From positions 1-64,000 of the IMG/VR virus record IMGVR_UViG_3300037584_002838: a DNA stretch of 64,000 nt, one strand, 5' to 3'. Shown here in pieces: positions 31,671-41,527 of this stretch. Both the position numbers and the translations under genes were made by a program. Origin of the DNA: a virus. A model generated the notes under the pieces. It was not told the origin of the DNA. It did not search any database and was given only the letters and a program-made list of their open reading frames with translations. Each line of letters opens with the position of its first letter. The first letter of the stretch is position 1.

Positions 31671-32074
31671 TATATCAATCCCTTGATTGCAAAAAGATGC
31701 TCTAACCCCTCCAAAGTTAGATGCTCTCCATTTGAAACTATATCTATGGCATCTCTAAACTCCGGCCATAGGTTGTTTCTATCCCAAACGCCTATATCAA
31801 TAAGGCCATTTAGTTTGTAAATATTTTTAATTCCACCAATTCTAAGAATCGGTTTTGGTCTTGCCTTTGATTCTTCTAAAGCAAGTGAAGAAGTTATTTC
31901 GTGCTGAAGTAGGCTTCTTTTAATTGCTTTGAGAAACTTTTCTCTTCCTCGGATAATAACCTTCAATCTAACTCTATATCCTATGTTAGAATTATCATCT
32001 CTAATGATTTGTATTTCGGGTCTTGCTGAAGCAAGAAGAATACCTACGAGCATATCTTTACTATACATATTCAT
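31670..32074 (-). CDS. LAGLIDADG-like domain protein, probably catalytically degenerate
   Basis: LVGILLASA helix lacks the acidic residue. GYRVRL strand and C-terminal GEHLTLEGL are typical of LAGLIDADG proteins. Confidence 0.6.
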   Translation of the reverse strand: MNMYSKDMLVGILLASARPEIQIIRDDNSNIGYRVRLKVIIRGREKFLKAIKRSLLQHEITSSLALEESKARPKPILRIGGIKNIYKLNGLIDIGVWDRNNLWPEFRDAIDIVSNGEHLTLEGLEHLFAIKGLI

Positions 32075-32426
32075 CCCTCACTACTCCACCAACAAACTTG
32101 TGTTTTAGTTTCAAATAGTCTAAACCTTCTGAAACTGTTTCAACAATCAAATCATGTAGGTTTGTATTATCTCCACGAAAAACAAGATTAACCTGTATTC
32201 CCCTAAATATACCTAAAGCATTTGCTAATTCTTCAGTGACTTTCTCTTCGATAAATAACATATTTGCATCTTCGCCTCTATGCAACAATCTTAGAGATAG
32301 ACCCTGTTGAATCATAACTAAATCAGTATCTTCAATAGGGCCATATACAATGAAAGAATACGATGTCACTTCTCCATAATCTCTAATCCATTCTTGAACA
32401 TGAGAATCTTGAAGCAACACAATCAC
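32061..32426 (-). CDS. Hypothetical protein
   Basis: 121 aa, operon-coupled. Confidence 0.55.
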   Translation of the reverse strand: MIVLLQDSHVQEWIRDYGEVTSYSFIVYGPIEDTDLVMIQQGLSLRLLHRGEDANMLFIEEKVTEELANALGIFRGIQVNLVFRGDNTNLHDLIVETVSEGLDYLKLKHKFVGGVVRDEYV

Positions 32427-32869
32427 CTTTCCTTAACATAGTCCTCTTGCATCGGCCACAAACCGTTAGGGTCTTGTTGTTGTCCCAACTGCCACCAATA
32501 CAAATGTTGCGCTGAAATCTTCTTGTGATTGCGTTCTTTTGCATTCTCTTCAGCCCATGCGACCATATCAGAAATAGACGATTCAATCCATTCATGCAAC
32601 AGTGCCGAGAAGGTTCTACTTACCGGCATATCGGTTGTTGCTCTAACCAATTTATTCAGATGTATTCTTGAATAATTTTGTTTTATCTTTGGTTGTTCGG
32701 GAACATGAAAAACTCCTTCATCATCAAAGTAAGGCACTAACGCTAACTTGACTTTTTTAGGTCTACCTTGTTCATGTAATACATTTTTCAAATAAGCATA
32801 TCCATCCTTAATATCAACACAAGTATATGTTTGATAATCCATTACTGTTAATGCACCCTTTTTAATCAA
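32423..32869 (-). CDS. Protein with C-terminal histone-fold domain
   Basis: LNKLVRATTDMPVSRTF...AEENAKERNHKKISAQHL aligns by eye to the archaeal histone pattern (RVS...A...A....RKTI...D). Confidence 0.6.
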   Translation of the reverse strand: MIKKGALTVMDYQTYTCVDIKDGYAYLKNVLHEQGRPKKVKLALVPYFDDEGVFHVPEQPKIKQNYSRIHLNKLVRATTDMPVSRTFSALLHEWIESSISDMVAWAEENAKERNHKKISAQHLYWWQLGQQQDPNGLWPMQEDYVKER

Positions 32870-33315
32870 GATTCATCACCTGTAATATCCCAATTATCTA
32901 ATAGGCATTGTTTCAACAACTGAAGAATCACACTTTTTTCAGCACCATTCTCTAATTGAAGAATAGCCATATTGATAACTAACTGATGCCGAGTAACCTT
33001 TTCGTATTGTTTTGTTATATCATCTAACTTTTTGAAATGATTCTTTACATTTTCATCTACAACCAAGTTTAACTCTTTGGCAATTTTCTTCATTATTTCA
33101 AGTCGGCGCATTTCAGCATACTTTGGTATAGTCCTCGCCTCTATGTTGTAGAGTTGATGATACAATGCTCTCATTTTAGAAATACTAATTCTGCCTCTTT
33201 TCTTATACTCGCCTATCAGTTTTGCAGTTTGCTTTTTATTCAAGTCTTTAATCTTGAAAACATTACCTTTTGAATCTTCAATATATCCTAATTCTGGTTT
33301 TCCGTGTTCTTCCAT
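32866..33315 (-). CDS. Hypothetical protein
   Basis: 149 aa helical ORF. Confidence 0.55.
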   Translation of the reverse strand: MEEHGKPELGYIEDSKGNVFKIKDLNKKQTAKLIGEYKKRGRISISKMRALYHQLYNIEARTIPKYAEMRRLEIMKKIAKELNLVVDENVKNHFKKLDDITKQYEKVTRHQLVINMAILQLENGAEKSVILQLLKQCLLDNWDITGDES

Positions 33316-34853
33316 TATATCATCTCCATTACATCTTCTAATGTATTTATATCTGCTACAAACTTATCATCACGAATGCGAACAAGTCTTGGGAATCTTA
33401 ATCCCCAATTGCCTTGTGCATCTTGTGTAATTAAATCAGCAGTTACTTCTAAAACCACTCTTGGTAGAAAATAGAATACTCCATCTTTGTGACTATCAAC
33501 TTGCCTTCTCAATTCATTAGTTAATCTAACTAATTGTGAATCACTAAAGCCACTGCCGATAGAACCTAAATTAACATAGCCTCTATCTTCAGTCCTTACT
33601 CCTATTCCGTAAGAACCGAATACATTTGCTCTTTTGCCTTCTCCATATTTAGCATTCAGAATAACTACATCTAAGTTTATTCTTGGTGGCTTATACTTAG
33701 CCCAACCAAGACTTCTCTTACCTGCTTCATAAGGTAAAGAAGCATCCTTAACTATAATACCCTCAAAGCCATCATTGATTGCTCTATTGTAAAACGCTAA
33801 GGTATCTCCACCTTCAGCCATTCTATGTGCTTGGTCGGGAAATGTCTTGATTGCTATTACTCTATCAGAATAAGGTAAATCCATAATAGTGTCTTTACCA
33901 TACTTTAGACAATCAAATATAACCCATTTGACCTTTACTTTCTCCCTTGCTTCTTCATGGTTTTTAGAGTGTACTCTTGTCGCCATTAGTTTATGTTCAG
34001 CAGGGGAACCATCTTCATTGATAGGATATATTTCTCCATCAAGAATACAAGTGTGAACATCATATTTTCTAACCTGCTCTACTACATCTTGAAACTGCGG
34101 AGTAACTATCTTACCTTTACGATTGAAGATAATTACATTATCGCCTTCTTTGTGAATCTGATACCTATTACCATCATACTTGTAATCTACAATTCTATTT
34201 GTAGGCCATTTATTCATAGGTACTTCTTTCGCTAACATAGGCGCAACAAACGAACCATGTTCAAGATTCATTGGTGGTTCTGAATTAGTTTCATAATACA
34301 TAGATACATTAGAAATAGAATTAAAGTTGCAATGCTTTTTTACATCTGCTAACTTTTTGTCATATGCCTTTGCTAATATCTTCTTTACCACACCTTCGTT
34401 AATTCCATTTCTAGGTGTTCTCAACCAATATCGAATAAACCACTTACATTCTAAAGCACCCATATTGAGAAAAGCATGTCTAATGATGTTAAATGAATTA
34501 GAGTCAATCCCACTGCAATCCATAGAAAGTAGCCCTAAGACGCTTTGCAATGTAATTTCTTCTTTATTCTCTGCGGAGGAATCTAAATAATAAACGGCTT
34601 CTCCTAAATCATCATGTGCTGAACAAGCCATATCTAACTCATCATCATGGATATTATAGATATGACTAATCCATTTCTTAGCCTTCGCTAATCCTATATT
34701 GTTTGACGGAAACTCTTGTGATAAGATAGCAAATAGGCTACGCTTATCTTGAAAGTGTGTCAGTTCCGTTGTAATTCTCGCTACTTGTTGTGTTGGTGTT
34801 AGTCCGTCTGTGGACTCCAATAATCTTGCTAAACTCTTCATTGTCATTTTCAA
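33315..34853 (-). CDS. lig: ATP-dependent DNA ligase
   Basis: KYDG adenylation motif, LDGEI, EGIIVK, WAKYK and LRFPR. Confidence 0.95.
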   Translation of the reverse strand: MKMTMKSLARLLESTDGLTPTQQVARITTELTHFQDKRSLFAILSQEFPSNNIGLAKAKKWISHIYNIHDDELDMACSAHDDLGEAVYYLDSSAENKEEITLQSVLGLLSMDCSGIDSNSFNIIRHAFLNMGALECKWFIRYWLRTPRNGINEGVVKKILAKAYDKKLADVKKHCNFNSISNVSMYYETNSEPPMNLEHGSFVAPMLAKEVPMNKWPTNRIVDYKYDGNRYQIHKEGDNVIIFNRKGKIVTPQFQDVVEQVRKYDVHTCILDGEIYPINEDGSPAEHKLMATRVHSKNHEEAREKVKVKWVIFDCLKYGKDTIMDLPYSDRVIAIKTFPDQAHRMAEGGDTLAFYNRAINDGFEGIIVKDASLPYEAGKRSLGWAKYKPPRINLDVVILNAKYGEGKRANVFGSYGIGVRTEDRGYVNLGSIGSGFSDSQLVRLTNELRRQVDSHKDGVFYFLPRVVLEVTADLITQDAQGNWGLRFPRLVRIRDDKFVADINTLEDVMEMI

Positions 34854-34966
34854 TCATCTCCATATTCATATTACATTTAATTACTAATTCTTTAATTAGA
34901 AGGCTCATTTTACCGCCTTCTAAATTGACCGCATGTTTCCATAAATGGTTTGCGAGTCTATTCCAT

Positions 34967-35335
34967 TCACTCTTCTTCATCGGGTACTGCCCCCTGTTCT
35001 ATACTATTCATTAACCTAACAAAGTTAATCATCATAGTTTGAATCAAAGCCGCTTCTTCATCTTTATTCTGTTCCATCAAACGATGTAACATATGAATCA
35101 TAGAAGCCTGTGTAATGGCTGGTGCCATTCTTGCCAAGTTATCACTTTGATACATTTCCCAATACATCACAAATGATGCTCTTGGTAGAAACATACCGTT
35201 TCGCACTACTGCGAAGTTTTGTTCAAAATGGTCTAAAGCATTTGGATTTTTCTTAATCTTCTTCTTCATTCCTTTAGCCCATTCAACAAATCTTTTGTCA
35301 TTCGTTATATCCAAAAATATCTTATTCAAATTCAT
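34967..35335 (-). CDS. Hypothetical protein
   Basis: 122 aa, operon-coupled. Confidence 0.55.
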   Translation of the reverse strand: MNLNKIFLDITNDKRFVEWAKGMKKKIKKNPNALDHFEQNFAVVRNGMFLPRASFVMYWEMYQSDNLARMAPAITQASMIHMLHRLMEQNKDEEAALIQTMMINFVRLMNSIEQGAVPDEEE

Positions 35336-35601
35336 TCTTCTTCGCCTCCATTTAATTCTAACATAGCAGTTAATATCACATTCTGAAACTTATTCCAACA
35401 TACATCAATATGTTCTTTTGTCACTCTTGAACCTCTACCATGTCTTGCAGGTACTTTCATATTCAACTCAACAAAAGAAGCCCATAAGTCTATTAATTCA
35501 GATGTCCTCTTACGATGCCTTCCTAAAGAACCCATTTCATACTGCCGCCATTCATTCGCCTTTCTTACGCTCTTTTTCATTTGTACTTCGCTTATTCTCA
35601 T
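35332..35601 (-). CDS. Hypothetical protein
   Basis: 89 aa with ATGA overlaps. Confidence 0.55.
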   Translation of the reverse strand: MRISEVQMKKSVRKANEWRQYEMGSLGRHRKRTSELIDLWASFVELNMKVPARHGRGSRVTKEHIDVCWNKFQNVILTAMLELNGGEEE

Positions 35602-35792
35602 TCTAATTCCCTCTTTAATATATTCATAAGGTTCCTCGCTTCTTCTATATTCAAACGAATACCTTTTGTTGGTTTGTCATTCTTATGCCATCTAATATCA
35701 ATGACTTCTATATTCCAATAGGTTCCTCTTTTGATTAGAACCTCATCAGTAGTATTTCTAACAATGCGTCCTTTTATTTCAAAATCACTCAC
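35598..35792 (-). CDS. PC4-like ssDNA-binding protein
   Basis: VIDIRW...KPTKGIRLN is the PC4/YdbC signature. Confidence 0.7.
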   Translation of the reverse strand: MSDFEIKGRIVRNTTDEVLIKRGTYWNIEVIDIRWHKNDKPTKGIRLNIEEARNLMNILKRELE

Positions 35793-36186
35793 TGAACCAT
35801 CCCTCCTTAAACTTAGTTAATTCTTTTCTTGAAGTAAAGTATCTTGGAGTGTCTAATTCATCTAAACGATTCACTACCCAACAAGCACCACCTAAAGATG
35901 ATACTTGCACTATTTCATATTGGCCTCCATTTACTTCGATTACTTCAATAGTATTTACTTCTGGTACTAAGCCGTATGTCTTAGTCACTTCATTAGCAAC
36001 ATCATGTATGTTCTCTACAACATACTTGATAATGTGCGCTCTTTGAATAGGTATCTTAGGTGCCACTTGGATAGATAATTTACCCGTCATTTTACAGACA
36101 TGACACTTGTTTCCTTCACAAATAGGGCATTTAACTTCTGCCGCATGTGGGGCAGGTAAAGTCACAGTTACGGCTCTTTTCTTCAT
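35785..36186 (-). CDS. Protein with DnaJ-like zinc finger
   Basis: CPICEG..CHVCKMTG. Just downstream of groEL. Confidence 0.55.
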   Translation of the reverse strand: MKKRAVTVTLPAPHAAEVKCPICEGNKCHVCKMTGKLSIQVAPKIPIQRAHIIKYVVENIHDVANEVTKTYGLVPEVNTIEVIEVNGGQYEIVQVSSLGGACWVVNRLDELDTPRYFTSRKELTKFKEGWFSE

Positions 36187-36301
36187 TACTTCTCTCTCCT
36201 TTGTACTGCTAAGGTTCCGTCATCATTCTTAGTTAGAATTGTCATAGAACCATCTTCATAAACAATAGTCATTCTTACAATAGTCTTGTCGTCAAACATA
36301 T

Positions 36302-37822
36302 TCATTCCTCTCTCAAAACTGCTACCTCAGTAGTTAGGAAAAGTTTTGCTATTGACATAGCCGCAAGGAAACTATTCCTAGTTACCTTTACAGGGTCTAC
36401 AATACCCAATTCAAACATATCTCCTACTTCACCGGTCATGGCATTAAGGGATTCATTCTCCTTTAGGATTCTGCACACAATTTCTCCATCAACGCTACTA
36501 TTTTCACATAGAGTTGCAAATGGAGAAAACAGTGATTCATAAACAATATGCTGTCCTTTCTTTGCCACATCTAAATAGTTCCTAGCATTAATAAGTGACT
36601 TACCACCACCAATAACAATACCTTCATCAAGTGCCGCTTTGGTAGCGTTAAGGGCATCATCAAGTCTTTCTTTGGTTTCACGCATTTCCATCTCTGAAGA
36701 TGCACCAACTTGAATAGTAGCAATACCACCATTCAATCTTGCAATACGCTTTTTGTATCGCATCTTGTCAAACTTGTCATCTGATGATTCGTACAACTCT
36801 TTCAATGAAAATACTTTATGTTGTTTAGAATCTGAATCATCATTACCTCCACCAATAATAACTGTATTATCTTTAGAAATAATTACCTTATCAGCAGTAC
36901 CTAACTCATCTAATGTGGTCATTGATGGGTCGTCTTTGCTTTCCTCATTAAACATCTTTCCACCACAAACAGTTACAATGTCGTCTAACTCATCTAATTG
37001 AGCATCACCGAAGTTTGGTGCTTTTACTACTGCTACTTCAATTGTCTTTTGAAGTACATTCATAATCACATTACTTAATGCAGTACCTTCCATACCACGA
37101 CAAATGATTACTAATGGCTTCTTATTCTTAGCACACAATTCTAGCAACGGCAGTATGTCTTGGAAATGTCTAATGTTTAGATTAGATGAAAAGATAACGG
37201 GATTATCAAATGTTACTTTACCATCATCTCCATTACACATCATATGGCTTAGATAGCCTTCATCAAACTCCAAACCGCTTCTTGTAACTATTTGGGTTTT
37301 ATGAGTTTTAGACTCTTCAACAGTAATGATACCATCACGCCCTACTGCACTTATAGCCTCTTGAATCAGAGAACCTAACTCATTATCATTATTAGCCGCA
37401 ATAGTGGCAACATTCAGAATATCATCATCAAGAATAGGAGTCGCATTATCTATTAGATAAGAAGCAATAATTTCCTGTGCCTCTTCTAATTCATTCTGAA
37501 GGACTCTGATATTGTAATTCTCTTGTTTCTGAATATTTTCAACAAGTGCTTGAGCAATAATACAAGCAGTTGTTGTACCATCACCGGAATTATCTTGTGC
37601 CTTACTTGCTAAGTTTTGAACCATCTGTACTCCCATCTGAACATATGGGTCATTACTTGATACATACTTAGTGATAGTAACACCATCGTTAATTACAACA
37701 GGCGGATTACCTTGCAGAATTACCGTCTTTGCCTGTGGCCCTAATGTGGGCTTAACAGTATTTGCTACTAAATCAATTCCTTCTTTCAATTTCTGTTTTA
37801 CTTCTTCTCCATTAATTATCAT
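36302..37822 (-). CDS. groEL: Group I chaperonin GroEL
   Basis: TLGP, NDGVTI, GDGTTT, KAPNFGD and GIVDP motifs. Confidence 0.95.
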   Translation of the reverse strand: MIINGEEVKQKLKEGIDLVANTVKPTLGPQAKTVILQGNPPVVINDGVTITKYVSSNDPYVQMGVQMVQNLASKAQDNSGDGTTTACIIAQALVENIQKQENYNIRVLQNELEEAQEIIASYLIDNATPILDDDILNVATIAANNDNELGSLIQEAISAVGRDGIITVEESKTHKTQIVTRSGLEFDEGYLSHMMCNGDDGKVTFDNPVIFSSNLNIRHFQDILPLLELCAKNKKPLVIICRGMEGTALSNVIMNVLQKTIEVAVVKAPNFGDAQLDELDDIVTVCGGKMFNEESKDDPSMTTLDELGTADKVIISKDNTVIIGGGNDDSDSKQHKVFSLKELYESSDDKFDKMRYKKRIARLNGGIATIQVGASSEMEMRETKERLDDALNATKAALDEGIVIGGGKSLINARNYLDVAKKGQHIVYESLFSPFATLCENSSVDGEIVCRILKENESLNAMTGEVGDMFELGIVDPVKVTRNSFLAAMSIAKLFLTTEVAVLREE

Positions 37823-38037
37823 TTTACCACCGCCAAAATAAACTCATAAGGAATAAAGAGTAATTCATTTCTTTTAGTATATTCCCTCTTATCATTAAAG
37901 GCAACCACTTTACCATTCAGTGACTTGTCACATTGGCAATCAATCACTCTACCTTCGTTGGTGGCCTTAGTTAAGATACCGCTTTCGCTCTTTCTTTCTT
38001 CTATTTTCACAATTACATATTCTCCTACTGCTCTCAT
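37819..38037 (-). CDS. groES: Co-chaperonin GroES-like
   Basis: GEYVIVK...SESGIL...GRVI...ILAVV. Directly upstream of groEL. Confidence 0.85.
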   Translation of the reverse strand: MRAVGEYVIVKIEERKSESGILTKATNEGRVIDCQCDKSLNGKVVAFNDKREYTKRNELLFIPYEFILAVVK

Positions 38038-38300
38038 TTTTTCACCTCAAACTTATTTTGTCTTGCTATTTGACAGCAAACTCTAATTTTATCTGTTGAA
38101 TGTAAAGTCCAAAATTCATTATCTTCCCAACCGAATTTTACTTCGATATATCTACATAACTCCTTTCTTGACATATTCTCAAAATCATCATCAATTTCTA
38201 TTCCGAGAATAGGGCCACCTTCATTCTTTAGGAATGAATCGAGAATAACATAAACTCGACCCATACCGTTAATTGTTTTTCTAAGTAACCATTGAATCAT
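38034..38300 (-). CDS. Hypothetical protein
   Basis: 88 aa, coupled to neighbours. Confidence 0.5.
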   Translation of the reverse strand: MIQWLLRKTINGMGRVYVILDSFLKNEGGPILGIEIDDDFENMSRKELCRYIEVKFGWEDNEFWTLHSTDKIRVCCQIARQNKFEVKK

Positions 38301-38575
38301 TCTTCCTCACCGTTGATATTAACCCATCCTTTATTCATATCTGTATCAATGAAAGTCCAAATATGGTTCTTATGAAACTCCATCAGGTCATTGTAGGAAT
38401 TGCCTTTCTTACCATTAAACACACCTCTAACTTTAGATTCATTCTTATCTCTAGGATGCCTTTGCGAATGAAGTTTTCTTCTCATCCGTAAAGGCATTCT
38501 TTCAGAATCATTTAATGCCCTGTCATGGTATTTTCTCATAGTGCTTTGACCTGTCTTTATTCTTCTAATTCTCAT
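38297..38575 (-). CDS. Basic hypothetical protein
   Basis: 92 aa, coupled to neighbours. Confidence 0.5.
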   Translation of the reverse strand: MRIRRIKTGQSTMRKYHDRALNDSERMPLRMRRKLHSQRHPRDKNESKVRGVFNGKKGNSYNDLMEFHKNHIWTFIDTDMNKGWVNINGEEE

Positions 38576-39063
38576 TCTTCTTCACTACTCCATGTTTGCA
38601 ATCTATTAAATTCATAATTTTGGAATATATGCAAACTTCTAGGATTACCATTATGCCATGTACCATAATGACCTCTGCCACCCAATACTACTGCATTCTG
38701 CATTAGCGGTTCCCAAATGGAAACTGTACTAATATCTGTACCGCTAAAATAAGCAGAACCGAATGGATGAGTATGAATCCAACATACAATAGGCAACTTC
38801 ATACCAACAGGGTCTACCTTAAAATCAACATAACCTGCGGTTCCCGATGAAATATGTAAATTATCTTTAGCATCAATTACTACTTGCACTTCAAGCCCAT
38901 TTAAGACTTCAGTAGATGCAAACCAAATAGAATCCCAAAAACTCTTACAAGAGTAATCACCATCGTATGCTTCAGTTATAATCTTATTAACCAAATCATC
39001 TTGCCATGTCTTTTTCCATATTGCTAATTCTTCTACTGCTTCTGTCCAATCAAAATCGCTCAT
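38572..39063 (-). CDS. JAB/MPN+ (JAMM) metalloprotease
   Basis: Upstream Glu (LEVQV) plus WIHTHPFGSAYFSGTD, matching HxH-x7-S-x2-D. Confidence 0.9.
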   Translation of the reverse strand: MSDFDWTEAVEELAIWKKTWQDDLVNKIITEAYDGDYSCKSFWDSIWFASTEVLNGLEVQVVIDAKDNLHISSGTAGYVDFKVDPVGMKLPIVCWIHTHPFGSAYFSGTDISTVSIWEPLMQNAVVLGGRGHYGTWHNGNPRSLHIFQNYEFNRLQTWSSEEE

Positions 39064-40052
39064 TGTTTCACTTCCATTTTCTCTAGTTTCTTCTTAGTCC
39101 TATCAATCTTCTTTTGAAGTTTCTTTGACTTTCTATCGCTTCTTCTATCTTTCCATCTTTGCAATAAAGACTTCTTTACAGGAAGCGATTGAGTTTTCAT
39201 ATCATTCTTGATTTCAGTAGCCCTTCTCATAATAGTTTCACTTGTATCATAATAAAAGTCATAATGCTTTTCTACATGCTTTGCTATTAACCAATAAGGG
39301 CGACCAAACTTCTGTCTTGCTTCATCAATAGTTAGACTATGCCACATAACCATAGCCTCTAATGATTCATTATAAGTCCAAGCCTTATGTGCATTAGGAT
39401 AACTTACAGTTGCAATACCCATTGTTACAGGCTTTCCCTCTTCTTTGTGATTATTCACATATTCATTTCTTGTGCCGTTAAGGTTACGCTTACTCAAGAC
39501 CCTATTCCAACGAGCGACAATAGCCTTGTATGTTCGACCCTTGAATAAAGTAGTAGGTGGATATGCGCCTTTAGTGGTTTTCCATTCAATAACAATATCA
39601 TCTTCCTCAGAAGTCCATCTGTTGTTATTAGTCCTTTTAGGCGCAGACTTTTTCCTTCCTTTATAGGTGGTTCCTTCAGTCTTATTCGTATCTCCCTCTA
39701 AAGTTTCAATCATTTCCTTAGCCTGTTCTTTAGTAAAATCCCCCTTATTAGCAGAAGTAATTAGTTGATTAGTTAATCTTTCTAATTCCTTCTTAGTGCC
39801 ATTCTTTAGAGTTAAAGCAGATATGTACTTGCATTGCTTTCTTGTAGCAGGGTCATTCTTCCAATGAGAAAAATTATCTTCAACCTTAACCTCATATTGA
39901 TTCTGTATTCTAGTTATTGTTGCACGAAGATTAGCACCGCTTCTCTTTGGAAAGCCCGCCTCTACCATTTTATCAGCAACCTTCGCCCAACTTAATCCTT
40001 CATTTCTGCATTTTATTGCAAATCCTATTTGTTCCGTAGTATATTTTTTCAT
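39060..40052 (-). CDS. Multi-HTH/Myb-like DNA-binding protein
   Basis: N-terminal YTTEQI...GLSWAKVA HTH, and a Myb-like RWTSEED...GRTYKAIVARW repeat. Confidence 0.55.
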   Translation of the reverse strand: MKKYTTEQIGFAIKCRNEGLSWAKVADKMVEAGFPKRSGANLRATITRIQNQYEVKVEDNFSHWKNDPATRKQCKYISALTLKNGTKKELERLTNQLITSANKGDFTKEQAKEMIETLEGDTNKTEGTTYKGRKKSAPKRTNNNRWTSEEDDIVIEWKTTKGAYPPTTLFKGRTYKAIVARWNRVLSKRNLNGTRNEYVNNHKEEGKPVTMGIATVSYPNAHKAWTYNESLEAMVMWHSLTIDEARQKFGRPYWLIAKHVEKHYDFYYDTSETIMRRATEIKNDMKTQSLPVKKSLLQRWKDRRSDRKSKKLQKKIDRTKKKLEKMEVKQ

Positions 40053-40064
40053 TTTTATTCCTCC

Positions 40065-40625
40065 TTATACATTTAACATCATAAATGACTTTACTTGTTC
40101 GTCATTAAACCATCTTTGAATCCATTGTGCGCCAATACCGGCTATCGCAGTTTGCATGAAATGAACGCCAATATTGCTACCATCCCATGAATCACCTTGA
40201 CAAGAGAATGACCCCTCCGGCCCTGCTAATAATGTATCGTACATTTTAGGGTCAGCATCATAAGATACAAAAGCCGCATTACGGCCTTGTGCCCTCAAGT
40301 CAAGCCACTTAATATCTGAATTGTATAGTGTCCTTCTAACTGATAAGTTATCAACACAACATACAACCAAATCATATCCTTGCATTTGTTTTGCAGTTAG
40401 TATAGGGAACTTAGAACCACCATTAATACTGCGATACCTATTTCCCATAACCGATGCTTTGTTTTCTCCTACATCTTCTTCACTAAAGTTTTGATACGGC
40501 AGATTCTTTGTTTCTACCTTATCGGGGTCTGCTACTGTAATAGCATATAATCCTACTTTATCCAATATAGGTACTAAGAAACTCCCAATACCACCTACGC
40601 CTATAATTAATATTTTTCTTTTCAT
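40065..40625 (-). CDS. ThiF/MoeB/E1-like ubiquitin-activating enzyme (compact)
   Basis: GVGGIGS nucleotide-binding loop, D.DKVETKNL..Q, KA and CVDN...R motifs, with a candidate catalytic Cys in GSFSCQG. Confidence 0.9.
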   Translation of the reverse strand: MKRKILIIGVGGIGSFLVPILDKVGLYAITVADPDKVETKNLPYQNFSEEDVGENKASVMGNRYRSINGGSKFPILTAKQMQGYDLVVCCVDNLSVRRTLYNSDIKWLDLRAQGRNAAFVSYDADPKMYDTLLAGPEGSFSCQGDSWDGSNIGVHFMQTAIAGIGAQWIQRWFNDEQVKSFMMLNV

Positions 40626-40753
40626 TTTTTATTCCTCCTAATAATGTTTATGACTTTGTTCGTTATAGCCGCAATTTTTACATTGGACTCCTTCATAATT
40701 CTCTGTTTCCCATTCAAACATTGTTCCGTTACATCTTGGGCATGTATATTGTT

Positions 40754-41389
40754 TCATTCTAATCTCTCCAAATTTGCATTCCATCTTTTATTATACGAAT
40801 CTATTTCTTGATTGTATTTTGTTTTGTAATGGTCTGTAGGCCACCATTCGGGCATTCTGCTTTTTCTCCATTCAGCAAACTTCCATTTGCCTTCAAGATA
40901 ATAATGACGATATTGAAGGATTACAAACTCCCACATATCTATATCATTATTGTAGTCTAATCTGTACTTATCATCCATAGCAATAGTTACGGGCGTAGCA
41001 TCTTTCCATCTACCGTCATTTGATAGATATTGTGTTGTATCTAATATCCTCTCTTGCGAGCCATGCTTCTTTCCGTAACGATGTGTATATTCGGTACAAA
41101 GAGCCAACCCATGCGTGTATAACCATGCAGTATTGTTAGGGTTCTGTCTAGCCCATATTGTTGAAGGATGATTCAACATAGCAGGTTTCATTAGATTTGA
41201 ACCAATATCTCTATGAAATACTTTTAATTGAGCAAGTGTAGGTTCTTCATCATAATGCTCAATGTACTCAAAAAACAAAGCATTTGTATGTAACATTTGA
41301 CAAGTTTCTGTTGGCATTTTAACCACATGCTTATCTAACATTTGAATTGCTGCTTCTGTTGGATTTCTTGATAATGCAAATATATTCAT
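40754..41389 (-). CDS. Pyrimidine-dimer DNA glycosylase-like protein (DenV-related)
   Basis: MNIF...DKHVVKMPTETCQML, NHPSTIWAR and EYTHRYGKKH. Confidence 0.8.
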   Translation of the reverse strand: MNIFALSRNPTEAAIQMLDKHVVKMPTETCQMLHTNALFFEYIEHYDEEPTLAQLKVFHRDIGSNLMKPAMLNHPSTIWARQNPNNTAWLYTHGLALCTEYTHRYGKKHGSQERILDTTQYLSNDGRWKDATPVTIAMDDKYRLDYNNDIDMWEFVILQYRHYYLEGKWKFAEWRKSRMPEWWPTDHYKTKYNQEIDSYNKRWNANLERLE

Positions 41390-41527
41390 TTGAATTTCCT
41401 CCTTGCTTCTTCATATATCTTAAACGAGTCTTTACGACCCAAAAGAGTTTGTTGCTTACAATACTCTTTTCTTTTATTAATAGTAGTCACATAAGTATTT
41501 AGAAAATTCTTTTTCCAATATCTATGT

